A DNA stretch of 58,400 bases, the filler included, from Sluysia triapertura (Eukaryota), in the NCBI GenBank assembly GCA_046118255.1. It is 4 parts of 4 records of this genome, joined end to end, with 100 filler letters (N's around TTAATTAATTAA, not from the genome) between each part and the next. Parts side by side here need not be neighbours in the genome. Positions count along the whole stretch, not along the records: positions 23,494 to 35,355 come from JBJNIA010162926.1; positions 35,456 to 47,544 come from JBJNIA010140503.1; 2 more parts are not named here. One strand, given 5' to 3'. Position numbers and translations under genes: made by a program. This document shows, piece after piece, positions 24,225 through 36,232 of this stretch (position 1 is the stretch's first letter; each line of letters starts with the position of its first letter). The notes beneath the pieces were generated by a model, which had not been told where the DNA came from, ran no database searches, and worked only from the letters and a program-made list of their open reading frames with translations.

Positions 24225-27200
24225 GATGCCGCGTTAAACGAGTTGAACTGATTACAGCCATCCATGCATCTTTTGGCCAAGTCTTTAAAGTATGCATGGT
24301 AAATACATATATTTTTTATGCGCAGGGTATTGAGTTTATTTGGGTATCTGCACCCTTTTGGCTTTTTGCTGGAACTTGTTGTGATAGTAGCAGATATCGT
24401 TGAATTTCCTAGGATTCCCTGATGATTTTCGTGATATCGAAGATTGTCTTGAATTGTTAAGCGAATTACGTTTGGAAGATACTTTTTCTTGTTTGCCTAG
24501 GACACTTAATGAAAGTATCTTGGTAATTTCGTTCATCTGAGTGGTCAGTGCGTCGATTCTTTGAGACATGGCTTCGAGCACACTATTTGATGTGGCCACT
24601 GGTGATGTATATGTGCTTGTTGCGCCCTGCATCAGATTGACTTTGTCTGGGTGATCGGTACGCCATTGAATTAGGATATTGTCTGCCAAGAGGGCCAGAT
24701 CGTCAATATCCGTGGTGCGACTGACAGCCAGAACTGCCTTGACTATGTCTGGCATTGCGTCGAGGAATAGCCTTTTAAGGACATCATGATTTTCGTCCTT
24801 GTCGCATCCGAATGGGCGTAGATCAGTTTTGATCTTCCACAAGAATTCTGATGGTGAAAGGTTTCCAAGCGATTGTTTCTTAAAATAGTCTTGGAACACC
24901 TTTCGTGTGTCGGGGCGGTAATGCTGCAGTATAACTTCTTTTAAGTCATCATACGCATTGACGGACTGCAAGCAAGTGGGAATTTTGTTGCTTAATTTAG
25001 TCAGGAGCGGTTGCGGCAGGAGCGGTTGCGGCAGGAGCGGTAGTAACTGGTGGAATTTGGCGGTCTGTCTTCGCACTAAATTCCTTTTAAAGTGCGACTC
25101 AACCACCAAAAACCAAGTATTTGGGGACCCGTTTTCATCTGTGAAGAAGGGTGTGTCATAAGATGGGGTTCTCTTTTGGGCCTTATTATCTGCCAGTGGG
25201 TCATCGGCGTCAACATCAGAACCGCCGGGTAACTTGTGTGTGATCGCGATTATAGCCCCGTCAAAAATGCTATAATCGCATAGGGTCAAGTTATCCTGAA
25301 GTGGTTTGGTCTTGTATGAGAACCAAACATCCTTATGATTAGTAATATCATATAGGGTCTTAACCTGAGCCCTAGAGCAGATTTTTCGGGTTATGTTGAG
25401 GGAGCAAGCGACGCATTTTATGTTGATAACTACGGAGTCGTTGCAGTCGTTGTATTCAAAATCGTTGTTGATTATGGTAGGTGTCTTGATTTGTTGTTGA
25501 TGCGGTGTTAGCTTTGTTAGAGTTGTAGGATGTACGCGATTATGAGTTTGGAGGGTTTGTCTGACTGGCTTGAGATGTTGTTTTGGTCTATTGTCGTGAT
25601 TGCCTAAATAGGTTTGTTTGTGTTCAGCTGCAGGTTTGTGTAAAATTTTTAATGTATTGAATTGGGGTCCATTTACGATGTTCTTCTTACAAACCTGAGC
25701 GTAAGATATACCTGGGTTGGAAAGGTATCTCGCTGGCGCCCAAACGCAGTGGGGAACGGGTTTATACGATGGGTTGGTTTGAGGCGGGACCCTAGCGTCG
25801 CCTTTGCGGGGCGTCAGTTTATTAGTTGTGCGCTTTCTTATGGTGTGGGTGGCCACGGCGAAGCCATAGCTGATAATTTCATTATGTTTGTTAGATGTTT
25901 GGTGATGATTTCTAGTGGTGATGTTGTGTGATATGTTATTTTTTGTGTATACATTAGATGATGGAGTAATTTGTGATTGGAGTGATTGATGATTTTTAAG
26001 TTGTACATGTAAAGAGGGTCGGCGCGTGGCCTGTGTAAGACATTTATTAGTGTTGGTAATGTTGGTACCAATGTCGTGTGTGGTTAAATGTTTTTGACTT
26101 GTGCAAAAGGGTTTGTGCATTGTATTTGCGTTAGGTGTTAGATGAGGGAAAAAGTTTTTTTTGTGTATGTTAGGTGTTGTGATTTGTTTTTGTGATGAAG
26201 TGTGTTCAACTTGTCGTATTGGAGTTGTGTGTTTATTAGAGTCTGATGTAATGTTGTTAAGTGTTAATTGATTTGATGGTGCATTAATGGTCATATAGTA
26301 TTGTGTTATGTCTGAGCGAATTTGTCGTAAGTTCTTATTAAATTGGTTGACAAGATGCAATAGATGATTTCTGTCCGTAGTGTCTGTGACAGTGCACTTG
26401 CCAGTGTTTCTTTCCTTGTATGATGTTGTATTAATGGGATTGTATATATTTTGTTAGTGTGTAGTGCCCATTGGACGTGTTTTGGTTTGATGGTATGTTG
26501 CTTAAGATGTTTAGTAGTAGTGTTTTTAATGTTCGAGTTACTGAGTGGTTGAAATATTGATTTAAGGTTTGTCTTGTTAGGTGTAGTTAACACGGGTAAT
26601 GTGTATATTGATGATGGGGGTATGAAGTTGTTATTTGGTATTATGTTTTTACATTTTTGTTTATTTCTAGATGTGATATTCTTGGAAGAGTAGCGTGAAG
26701 TTTGTATAGATGAGTTTGTATTGGTTACGGTAGAGCTGTAAGGTGTGACTTTGTGATTATTTATATAATCCCGTTTACTGTTGTGGGAGGCGATTTTGTT
26801 TTGTTTGTAAGTGTTTAAGTAAAGGTTTTGATGAAATGAATGTGACGTGAAGTCAGAGGTATTTTGTGCATGAAGTTGGTGCGCTTTATCTATTGCACGT
26901 AAATCTTCTGTTGTATGTGGGTATGATTTATGTTTGTTTCTAGTATTGGTTGGTATATGGTTTTGATTGTTAATGTTACTGCTGAAACAATTTGATGTAT
27001 TAAGTGGATGTTTTAAAAATAACTTAAGAGGTTTGAGATGATTTATAATTTGGTTTGAATTTGAAGTAAAGCCGTAATGGCTTGGAGTATCTAGGTTAAG
27101 TACGTTTATATAATCAAAAGTAAAACTAATAAAATTATTGAAATTTGAATGCAAAATTCTACATTTAATTGGGGCTACACTAAGTATGTTCAAATGAAGA

Positions 27201-27378
27201 ACCGTTTTAGTATGAATGTTCGGTTTACGACGAACGATAACGGCTTTTTGATGAGTGTAACCGTAAGGCCAGTTATCAAAAGGACATAATTTATAGATCT
27301 GGTCTAATTTATTGGAATTTAAATTTTTCTTTGTAATAGTAGTGAAAATTCATCTTGGTAAATATGTTTAAAAGGCAT
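24215..27378 (-). CDS. gag: Extended ORF1 of a CsRn1-clade element: low-complexity N-terminus, ubiquitin-like domain ending LPGG, Gag capsid, CHCC knuckles (three frameshifts in this copy)
   Basis: ORFs 26306-27193 and 24336-26360 overlap out of frame. Capsid motif PFF...SPNTWFLVVESHF...KFHQLLPLLP, and LGNLSPSEFL..LFLDAMPDIVKAVL. A C-x2-H-x9-C-x3-C motif at 24254-24307 is characteristic of the CsRn1/Boudicca/Kabuki clade. The start at 27378 is inferred. Confidence 0.8.
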
Positions 27379-27403
27379 TAGAATTATAGTGTTGTCTGCT
27401 TCA

Positions 27404-28700
27404 CTAATAGAAATATGAGGTGTTTTTTTGAAAAGCATCTTCAACTGCGCATTCACAGTTAATACTTTGTGTGTTTGGAGGTAAGACCACGTTTTTGATT
27501 AAACGGATCATTGTTAAGTGTAATATATTAATTTGAAAAATAATTTTACTCCCTATTAATTTAACAATAATTTGAAAATTAGTTTTAGGTGTAGTGCAAA
27601 ATGTGATTTTAAAAATAATTTTGAAAATAATGTTAAAAATACATTTAAAAAGTGCTAAAATTTTAAAGGCAATATCGCCATTCCCAAAAACAGAAGTTGA
27701 ATTGTAAGTGAGATGCCTGACAATGCTTTCCTCCTGACACCATTGAGATGGGCGGCAAGTTATTTTGTTAGGCGTATTAACATTAAAAATTTCTTTTTTC
27801 TTTAATTTCAAATTAAAAATTACAACATTAATGCTATTCAAAAAGAAACAACAAAAACTACAATATTTATTCTGAACTAAACAAAAATAATTTGGAACAA
27901 TAATTTTAGAATTTGTAACGTTGTCAAACATCTCGATTATAGAAACTTCTCGGATAAAAAATATTATAAAAATCATGATAAAAATAGGGTGTAGCTAAGT
28001 TGTCACAATTTGCATATGAATTTTTAAATTCAGTTACACAATTAACTCTTAATTCTTTATTAACTTTATTTCTTAATTCTATGCATTCTTCTAACTGTTC
28101 GTCATTAAATTCTAGACTTACTTGATTGTCACGATTTGTTACTCGAGTACTAAATGAAAAGTGAACTCCTAAATAGTCATGGAAATATAGTTCGCGTTGA
28201 TCCATTATCACTTTCTTCAACATCATCGTCGTCCGAATGATTTCGACCAGGATCACTTATGTTACTATCAATATCAGAATAAAAAATGTCATCTCATGTT
28301 TTGCTGCTGTGGCCACTTTCTTCTGATGCACTGCTTAAGCAATCGTCATTATCGTTGTCGGTATCGGCACTATGTAATTCTTTTGTAGAATTTGTACAAT
28401 TTTTAAAAGAAACATTATCATCATCGTCATCTTCATTATCATCATCGTCTTCTTCATTTGAATCACTTGAAATACGATTTATAAATGAAATATACTCCAT
28501 TTCATTTGCATTTGAGAATCTATTATCGTCTACAATTTCATCATGTTCAGTTTCTTCATCCATTCTAAACAGAGACCAAGGAGAAAATAGTTGAAACTAA
28601 TTACAAAGAATTTAATATTTTAAATTTTTAAAAATCTTACGTTCTTTGTTTTTGATTCAAAATTTATTACTGACCTTGACTTTCTTATCCCATTACGTAG
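27404..28700 (-). pseudogene. Disrupted host-like gene fragment with an acidic N-terminal region
   Basis: ORFs 28294-28563 (D/E-rich), 27924-28256 and 27404-27976 are linked by a stop and frameshifts, with a candidate GT-AG intron at about 28565-28640. Family not recognised. Confidence 0.4.
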
Positions 28701-29659
28701 AAATACAAGAAAATAAATATCATAAATTTGTCAAATAACAATAAATTCGTATGAGATTTATTTGTTAAGTAAATGTTTCAAATCTGATGAAATATAAATC
28801 AAAATTAATATTCTTCAATCATATAGATATATCAGTTAATGAGCAAAAGAACTAATAATAGTATACTACTAAAAAATATATTAATCATAAATTAAAAATA
28901 CAAAAATAAATTTGTAGTTGTAAATAACAATTAAACAAACAAAATATTACGTACAGTCATACCTAAAATATCAAACATCATACAAAAGATTGTGTAAATT
29001 TTGATAAATCATTTACATTTTAACCAATACGTAAAATAACAAAATTATGCATGTTTTAATATAATAATATAACATAAAAAATAACTCAGAAGTATTTTGA
29101 TACAAAATGTACAACTCTAAAGAAAATAATTTGAAACCAAACAGTTAGATAGATATACTAAACTCAATTATATTATGAATAATCTTTAAAATATTTATAA
29201 ATCTATTACTTAATTTTTATATATAATTTAAAATTAATAAATTTAAATAAATTTAATATCTTTGAATTAACTAATTAGTTAATAATTTATAATTTAATAT
29301 TTGTATCAAAAATAACATTGTCTAGTTAATTTAAAATCTTCACAAAATTCAAAACCATACAGACAATATACATGCATGTTTGTTAAAATGAAGTTACTGG
29401 AAATGGCTATTAACGATGAAAATGCAAACGGATAAAAATAAAAATAACAACTATACATAAGTATGACAAAATAATGATTTTGAAATGTAACTTATTTCAA
29501 AAAATGAAATAAAAAAATATAAAATACAATAAAATATGATATAGTATAAAAGTCGAGTATAGATAACTGAAGGAATACACGATTGATAAAAATTAAAAAG
29601 TAGTTACAAAATTTAAATCGCATTTTGCTACTATTTTTAGAACAGCCATTATTATTAAT

Positions 29660-30310
29660 TCAATTTTTATGTAAAGCAGAATATGAATAATCACGATAAT
29701 TTTGATTGTATTTAAATACATCATCATGATAATTAAATTGATTTAAAGTATTATGTTCATGATCTAAAGATGGAGTTTTAGATAATTCGTTGAATTGTTC
29801 ATAATTCAAAAAATAATTACCATTGTTAAGATAATCATTCGAAGTCCTATTGTTATAATTTGACCAGATGCTGTTATTGATCATAATCAATCCTTTTATA
29901 TTACTATAGTAATTTCTTTAAAAAGCAAATTAGAATAAAAATACAAATTGATTCACTAAAGCCAATGTACAATAAACTGACAAATACAATCATATATCTA
30001 TTGAAACACAATCTATGATTTGCCACTCCGCCGATAAAGAACAAGAAAAATTAAATCAGCTTGAAGATACAATAAATGTTAAAAATACGAAAGTTACACG
30101 AACACTTAATAACTAAATGATTAAACTAAATAAATATGCATCCGAATCAATTGAAATCAAAAGAACAGCAATCACATGATATATATAGTTTTTATAAGTA
30201 ATAATAAAAAATAAAAGGAGAATGCAAAAATTAACACTATGATGGTATATTTGGGTAGAGCGATATTGGCGGATTGAAGTGTTAATTTAACTGAATTACG
30301 TTGTATTTTA
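29660..30310 (-). pseudogene. Frameshifted membrane-protein-like fragment
   Basis: Hydrophobic segments (e.g. YMIVFVSLLYIGFSESICIFILICF) lead via a frameshift into ORF 29660-29890. Confidence 0.25.
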
Positions 30311-30630
30311 GCTAAAATGTATTAATATTATATATTTTAAAATTGATAATATGTCTGAAGTATGTTATATTTTAAGTGTTATTATGAGTGAACGATGTGG
30401 CAAGGTGTCGTGTGTATTGGATGTTTGTGCATGCGTATGTTAAGGGTTAGTGACTGAGTTGAACACTACAAGGTAGAAGCATAAAATTAATCATATTGCA
30501 AAGAGTTTCATACTGTTTCATAAGTATGGGAGTCAAAATGATTAGACGCAAAACGGATATGAAAATATTTTAAGAAGTCCTTTGTTTATTAGTTTATCGC
30601 GATACTATGTTAAATGCAATATTTATTATC

Positions 30631-31291
30631 TGTGTTATGTTAGGTTGTCAATATAACTCTGTAAAATCATCTAAAATGCTTTAAAAATCTTTTAATACCT
30701 TTAAAATTACTTTAAAAATATTTTCTAAAAAAGAAATTTATTTTCCAAAAAAGAAAATTCGCTTCTCAGAATAGAATAGAAGCTTCTAGAATGTTCGAGA
30801 ACATTCCATCGATTCTCATTGGCTAGTATATAAAATCCTCCATATTGTAAAATCATCAATTTTGGAGAATTTGTGAAATTTTAGTAATCGTTCTCAACAT
30901 TTTCGAAATATCCGCCGATCGATATTTATCCATATTCCTTCTAATAAATTTATATATTTTTAAGTTCAATTTCAACTTTAGAAGTTGAGATAATAAAATA
31001 CATGTATATTTTATAATACTTTATTTTATATTACTTTCTAAGTCCCCGATATATTGAGGGCTAATATTTACTTAAAATATTTTTGTTATTAGATTAAACG
31101 TTATCGGAGCTTTAATCATTAAAATAATTATTTTTGTCTTCTTTTATTTTACTACTACTATTATTATTAGAATTTGTGTTTCATAAATAAAGTTAATATT
31201 ATTTCCTTTATTTAATTATTAAGTTCAATAAATTATTAAAGTTTTTGAAAAAATTATACTTTTGAGCATTTGTTAAGACCATAACTACACA
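30631..31291 (+). repeat. Probable solo LTR
   Basis: TGTGTTATG ... CATAACTACA imperfect inverted termini, TATA box at 30827, AATAAA downstream, and a GTCCCCGAT motif shared with the LTR at about 15363. Confidence 0.5.
30778..30835 (+). promoter_or_regulatory. Heat-shock element (six alternating nGAAn pentamers) plus TATA box
   Basis: aGAAgcTTCtaGAAtgTTCgaGAAcaTTCc at 30778-30807; TATATAAAA at 30827-30835. Confidence 0.75.
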
Positions 31292-31975
31292 ATATTTATA
31301 TTTATATAGTCATAGGAACGCCCTCTTTACGACATAAGACGTTTACTGCTCAAAAATATTTTGCCGTAGGTTAAGTATTAGAAAAACCAAAGCAGTTATA
31401 TAAATAGACTGAAATGTTTAATATTTTTGATATAGCACCCTCAAAATCAATAAATAAATGAAGGAGAAATGTACAATTATGAGTTGTAAAAAGGAAAAAA
31501 TAAAAGAAACTGTTACAGTCATTAATACCCTTTAAAAAAGGTCCACGACTAACACAACCAATCAGCATCAGTCAATGATGCATTTTTGTTTCAGTGTGTA
31601 TTTATTAATAAATTTTATATATGATATTGTTTTAAATTCGTATTTTTTCCATTTATTTAAACCTTGATTCAACAAAATAAATAAATAAGATGTAAAGTAA
31701 AATGGCACTCTTCAAAATTTTATTTAAATTTTCACATCATTGACCAATTTACTTCAACCACTTAAAGATTATATAGTAATTATGTGACTTTTTGAAATAG
31801 TCTGCAAGCTGTATCATTTTGATAGTTACATAATAAATACATTTGTAAAATTATGGCGATTTATAAATATAGATTATCAAATTTAAATAATAAATAAAAA
31901 TAATAATTTCTTTTTTATTAAAAAATTAATATCGCTTTTTAATGTTCAAAATAAGATACTCGTTCAAGAATTATA

Positions 31976-32029
<54 letters not shown>

Positions 32030-33044
32030 CAATGTTAACAACAATTAGACATTATAAGCGGATACAGTAAAAACATATTTTCATCTTTCAAGATCAGACA
32101 AGCATCAAATTATATATTATCTTTGTATAATTATGTAATCAATTGAATATTAAATGAGTTGTATTTTTTGATATAATTAGTCGTTCAGCAATCGTTTAGA
32201 TGAAAATGGTACAGATGAACAATTACATTCGTATTATTAGATTAATAAATGCTTAGTTTGATTAAATTTGAGGTAAATTTGTATGTTTAAAGAGATTTTT
32301 TGCAAATAAAAGATCTTTAGTAAAATATATTTTGCCTTTTTCATGTTTTGCTTTGCGTTCGCGGTTTTTTTATTTGAAAAGAATTATTTTTAATGTGTCG
32401 TATTTTTGATAGTAATACCTTGGTACATTTTTTAAAATTTCTGTTATGGAATGCTTTGTTATTTTGTGTTTTCTTAAATTTCCATAATAAAATGCAAAAT
32501 TTATCGGCAAAATCTCAAGTAAAAACATTTAATTAAATAAAAAAATTACAAATGAAGATAACGAATATTTTGGCGGAAAAATTCATGCGAAATGAAGATT
32601 ACAACGCATGTGCGAAATTAATAATAAAATCGAAACTTTATGTTAAGACATTACTCGTATTAAAAATCGTATTGAAAAATTTCAATATGGAGTAGACAAG
32701 TTGGGATGCGAAAGGCACAGATTATGAAAATATTTAGAGACTCAATTAAAGCAGACAAAAGAACAAGTGGATAACTTGGAAATTCTCTCGATAGAAATTA
32801 ATTAAATTATCGAACAAGTTCGAGAAGTCGTTAAATATGCATTTAAAAAGGACCACGCATTTTTATTTTGTTTTTATTTATAAGTGATGTTATTGAAGTA
32901 ACTTTTTGGTAAACCTTAAGTATGGTATATACTAAATAAGCATTTGTATTAAGTGATCAAGAAGCTGCTCCCGAAAATGACTGAATTAAAAAATGTCTCA
33001 CCTACAACCAGACATGAATATACTCATTCGAATTAAAATCTAAA

Positions 33045-33645
33045 ATGCTAAAAGGAAACTATTATAGATTGTCCCGAAGCACCGAATATTGTTAGAAAGT
33101 TCATGACAAGAGCTAATGTTGATAAAAATAATAAATTGCTAAATTAATGAATCGTAAGATTAGTAGCTGAACACCAAAAATTTTAAATTAGTACATGACA
33201 AAAACAATTAATTTTGCTAAAGAATAAGATTTACAAAGAGAGATAAACTGTCGTCGATTGAATTATCTCGAGTATCCTTATAAATTTATTGACTTTGTGA
33301 ATTCTGTTAATTTGTTTGTTTTGACATTATCAGTTAAATGAAGTATAAATCAGGAAACGTTTGGAACAGCGTACTTTAAAAGTGGTTCAGAAACGCATCT
33401 AAGCATTTTTTTGGAATTAATGGATTTGAGGCCTGTTGAATGTTTCGTTTTAACAGAAATTAGTCATGGCAATTAAAACAACAGATGAATTTGTTTTACA
33501 TACACCAAAAGTAATTTGACCAAGTATGTTATTCTCGACATAGTGTTTGCTCGACTTATAATGTTGTGGTTTTATAATATGATTTATTATTGGAAACATG
33601 GATCCTAAAATTGCACTTAATGGTTTTGACAATGGTGCTATGATT
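33045..33645 (+). pseudogene. ACOX3: Peroxisomal acyl-CoA oxidase (ACOX3-like) pseudogene, N-terminal part
   Basis: Motifs in the expected order: QREINCRRL, FGTAYFKSGSETH, CFVLTEISHG, DEFVLHTP, IGNMDPKIALNGFDNG. They are interrupted by stops, frameshifts and internal deletions. Confidence 0.75.
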
Positions 33646-34580
33646 AATATTCATTAAAGTCGTGCCATCTCAGATTACTGTCTCATATGATATCCGAGCT
33701 CTTATTCTGATAATCATAGTAATAAATGTTTTATTCGAACTTTACTAATTCATTTTAGGTGTTCCTTAAGATAGATATGCATTTTTTAGTGTTAAAATAC
33801 AACATTTTTATTCGTAAATTTAATATATCATTAGTTCATTGTTGTTTTTCTGTCTTCAAGGAAAATTATAATAATATTTAAGTTTATTTCAATAATTAAT
33901 AAATTAATTATAGTATTAAGTTATTACTTTTGTAACAATATAAAAACTGTTTTCAATCACACATGTACACAATGCATGTATAAAACAAAATTACATAAAT
34001 AAGTCGGTATAAAAAGTAATATTTACAGTCCATTGTCGGGTCAGCCGCGACATTGCAATCTTTACGTTCCGGTCATCTGTCCGGTCTAATTTAACATAAA
34101 CATTGAAACGTTTGCGTAATTTGTTATATGTCGAAGATGGTCAGATAAGAAAGTGTGTACTTTTGTATTTTTATTATTCCTAGGCGTTTAATTGTGAAAA
34201 TGGTGTGTTGTCGCTAAAATTAAATAGGACCGCAAATGGTTAACAAATACAAAATCTGAAATATAAATCTATGTGACAATAAAGCTCCTTGTAACATTAA
34301 TGTGATATAAAGGATTGTAGTTAAATACCTTTATAACATTTTCTATGGAAATAGAAAGAAGTTGGTAGTTATATTCGAGCTAAATCAACGATCTAATCTG
34401 TTGATCGTTTTCTGTTAGAAGAATGAATATTATTATATTAAATTTGTAATTGGTGATAGAAAATTGGAAATGATTTTTTGGAAAACTAGTTTACTCGGTG
34501 GATCGAGTTTATTCGTAATTATTTAAGTAACCAAAGTCCATTTTAATAATTGGTTATCAGAAAAATGCGTCACGTGGCAC

Positions 34581-35355
34581 TGTAAATAATATCATCCTAA
34601 TGATCACAATATTGAAAAATTTGTAAAAAATAATAATAAATAATATTATTAAATCACAATTTATTGTAAAAAATAATAATTTTTAATTTTATTGTAAAAA
34701 ATTTATTAAAATTTTATTATATTTATTGTAAAAAATAATAATAATCTTGTAAATAGTCATTAAATAATAAAACGGATGTATATTGTTATTTCAAAAAATT
34801 AGAATATTTATATTATAATCGGTATTATCATTTATAAATAATTATTTTATTTATATTATAATCGAAAAATTAATAACGAAAAAGGAAATTTACAAACGGA
34901 TATTTATTTAAAATATTTAAAACGAGATACATTATAAATCTTTATTTATATTAATAATATTATCAACAATCAAAAAGGTTCAACAATCAAAAAGGTATAT
35001 ATAAAGGTTCGAATTTATTAGTATCGACACAATAATTATTAGACGTGAAACGTTCAGGTTGCAAGGAATTTTTAGGAGAAGACTATTAATTGTTTGGATA
35101 CAACGAGTTCAATTTTCATATTTTGGTACAAATTATAGATTTGGAGAATATATTTTGGTTCAAATCGCAATTATCTTCAATTGGTTTCCATCGCATTCAT
35201 TTGGTTCAGCTACATCTGATAGGAAATTGGAATACGAATCTATCAATTTAAAATTTTTTAGTAAGCTTTATTTGTTAGGTTACCGACCATATTATTTGGT
35301 CTTAAAATATACGTAAATTTTCTCATAATATTTTCTAAGTAAACCCAAAGGTACC
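34581..35355 (+). repeat. Possible LTR truncated by the contig end
   Basis: Starts TGTAAATAAT, has an AT-rich U3-like region with internal duplications and TATATAAA at about 34998. Confidence 0.35.
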
Positions 35356-35455
35356 NNNNNNNNNNNNNNNNNNNNNNNNNNNNNNNNNNNNNNNNNNNNT
35401 TAATTAATTAANNNNNNNNNNNNNNNNNNNNNNNNNNNNNNNNNNNNNNNNNNNN
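35356..35455. other. Artificial contig spacer
   Basis: 44 N + TTAATTAATTAA + 44 N. Confidence 0.97.
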
Positions 35456-36232
35456 AAACGATGGAAATTACAAAGCTTAACGATTTTATTATGCTATTTA
35501 ACTTAACATTGTTTGATGATAATGAATTAGCGACAAAGTGCTTAAAGTATAAAGATGATCATGAAGCATTAAAGATTATAAAGTTTAACGATTTTATTAT
35601 GCTATTTAACTTAACATTGTTTGATGATAATGAATTAGTGACAAAGTGCTTAAAGTATAAAGATGATCATGAAGCAGTAATGATTACAAAGCTTAGTAAT
35701 TTATTTATATTATTTAACGTTACATTGTTCGATGGAAATGAATTAGTCATAAGATGTTTAAAGTATGAAGATGATCACGAAATAGTAGAGATTACAAAGT
35801 TTATTAATTTATTTATATTATTTAGCGTAACATTGTTTAACGATAATGAACCGACGATAAGAATTTCAAAGTATGACAACAATCATGAAGCAGTAATGAT
35901 TACAAAGCTTAGCAATTTATTTATATTATTTAACGTTACATTATTCGATGGAAATGAATTAGTCATAAGATGTTTAAAGTATGAAGATGATAATGAAGTA
36001 GTAGAGATTACAAAGTTTAGTAATTTACTTATATTATTTAACGCTACAATGTTCAATGATAATGAATCAGCGATAAGATTCTTAAAGTATGAAGTCTATC
36101 ATGAAGTAGTAAAGGTTACAAAGCTTAGTGATTTTATTATATTAGTTATAGTAACGTTGTTTAATGATAACGAACCAGTGATAAGATGCTTAAAGTATTA
36201 AGATAATCATTATGCAGCAAAGATTATAAAGT
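35456..36232 (+). repeat. 108-bp tandem repeat (about 7 units, each 3 x 36 bp), open in one frame for 246 codons
   Basis: 36-aa period ITKLNDFIMLFNLTLFDDNELATKCLKYKDDHEALK. Units 3/5 and 4/6 are most alike. Confidence 0.9.

Noticed and set aside
23533-26071. Short ORFs overlapping gag/pol (23533, 23950, 24958, 25662, 25838) and antisense ORFs at 28197 and 28286
   Set aside because: Shadow frames of real coding sequence with no independent motifs.
35456-36232. CRISPR-like array
   Set aside because: Contiguous tandem units with no unique spacers, in a eukaryotic context.
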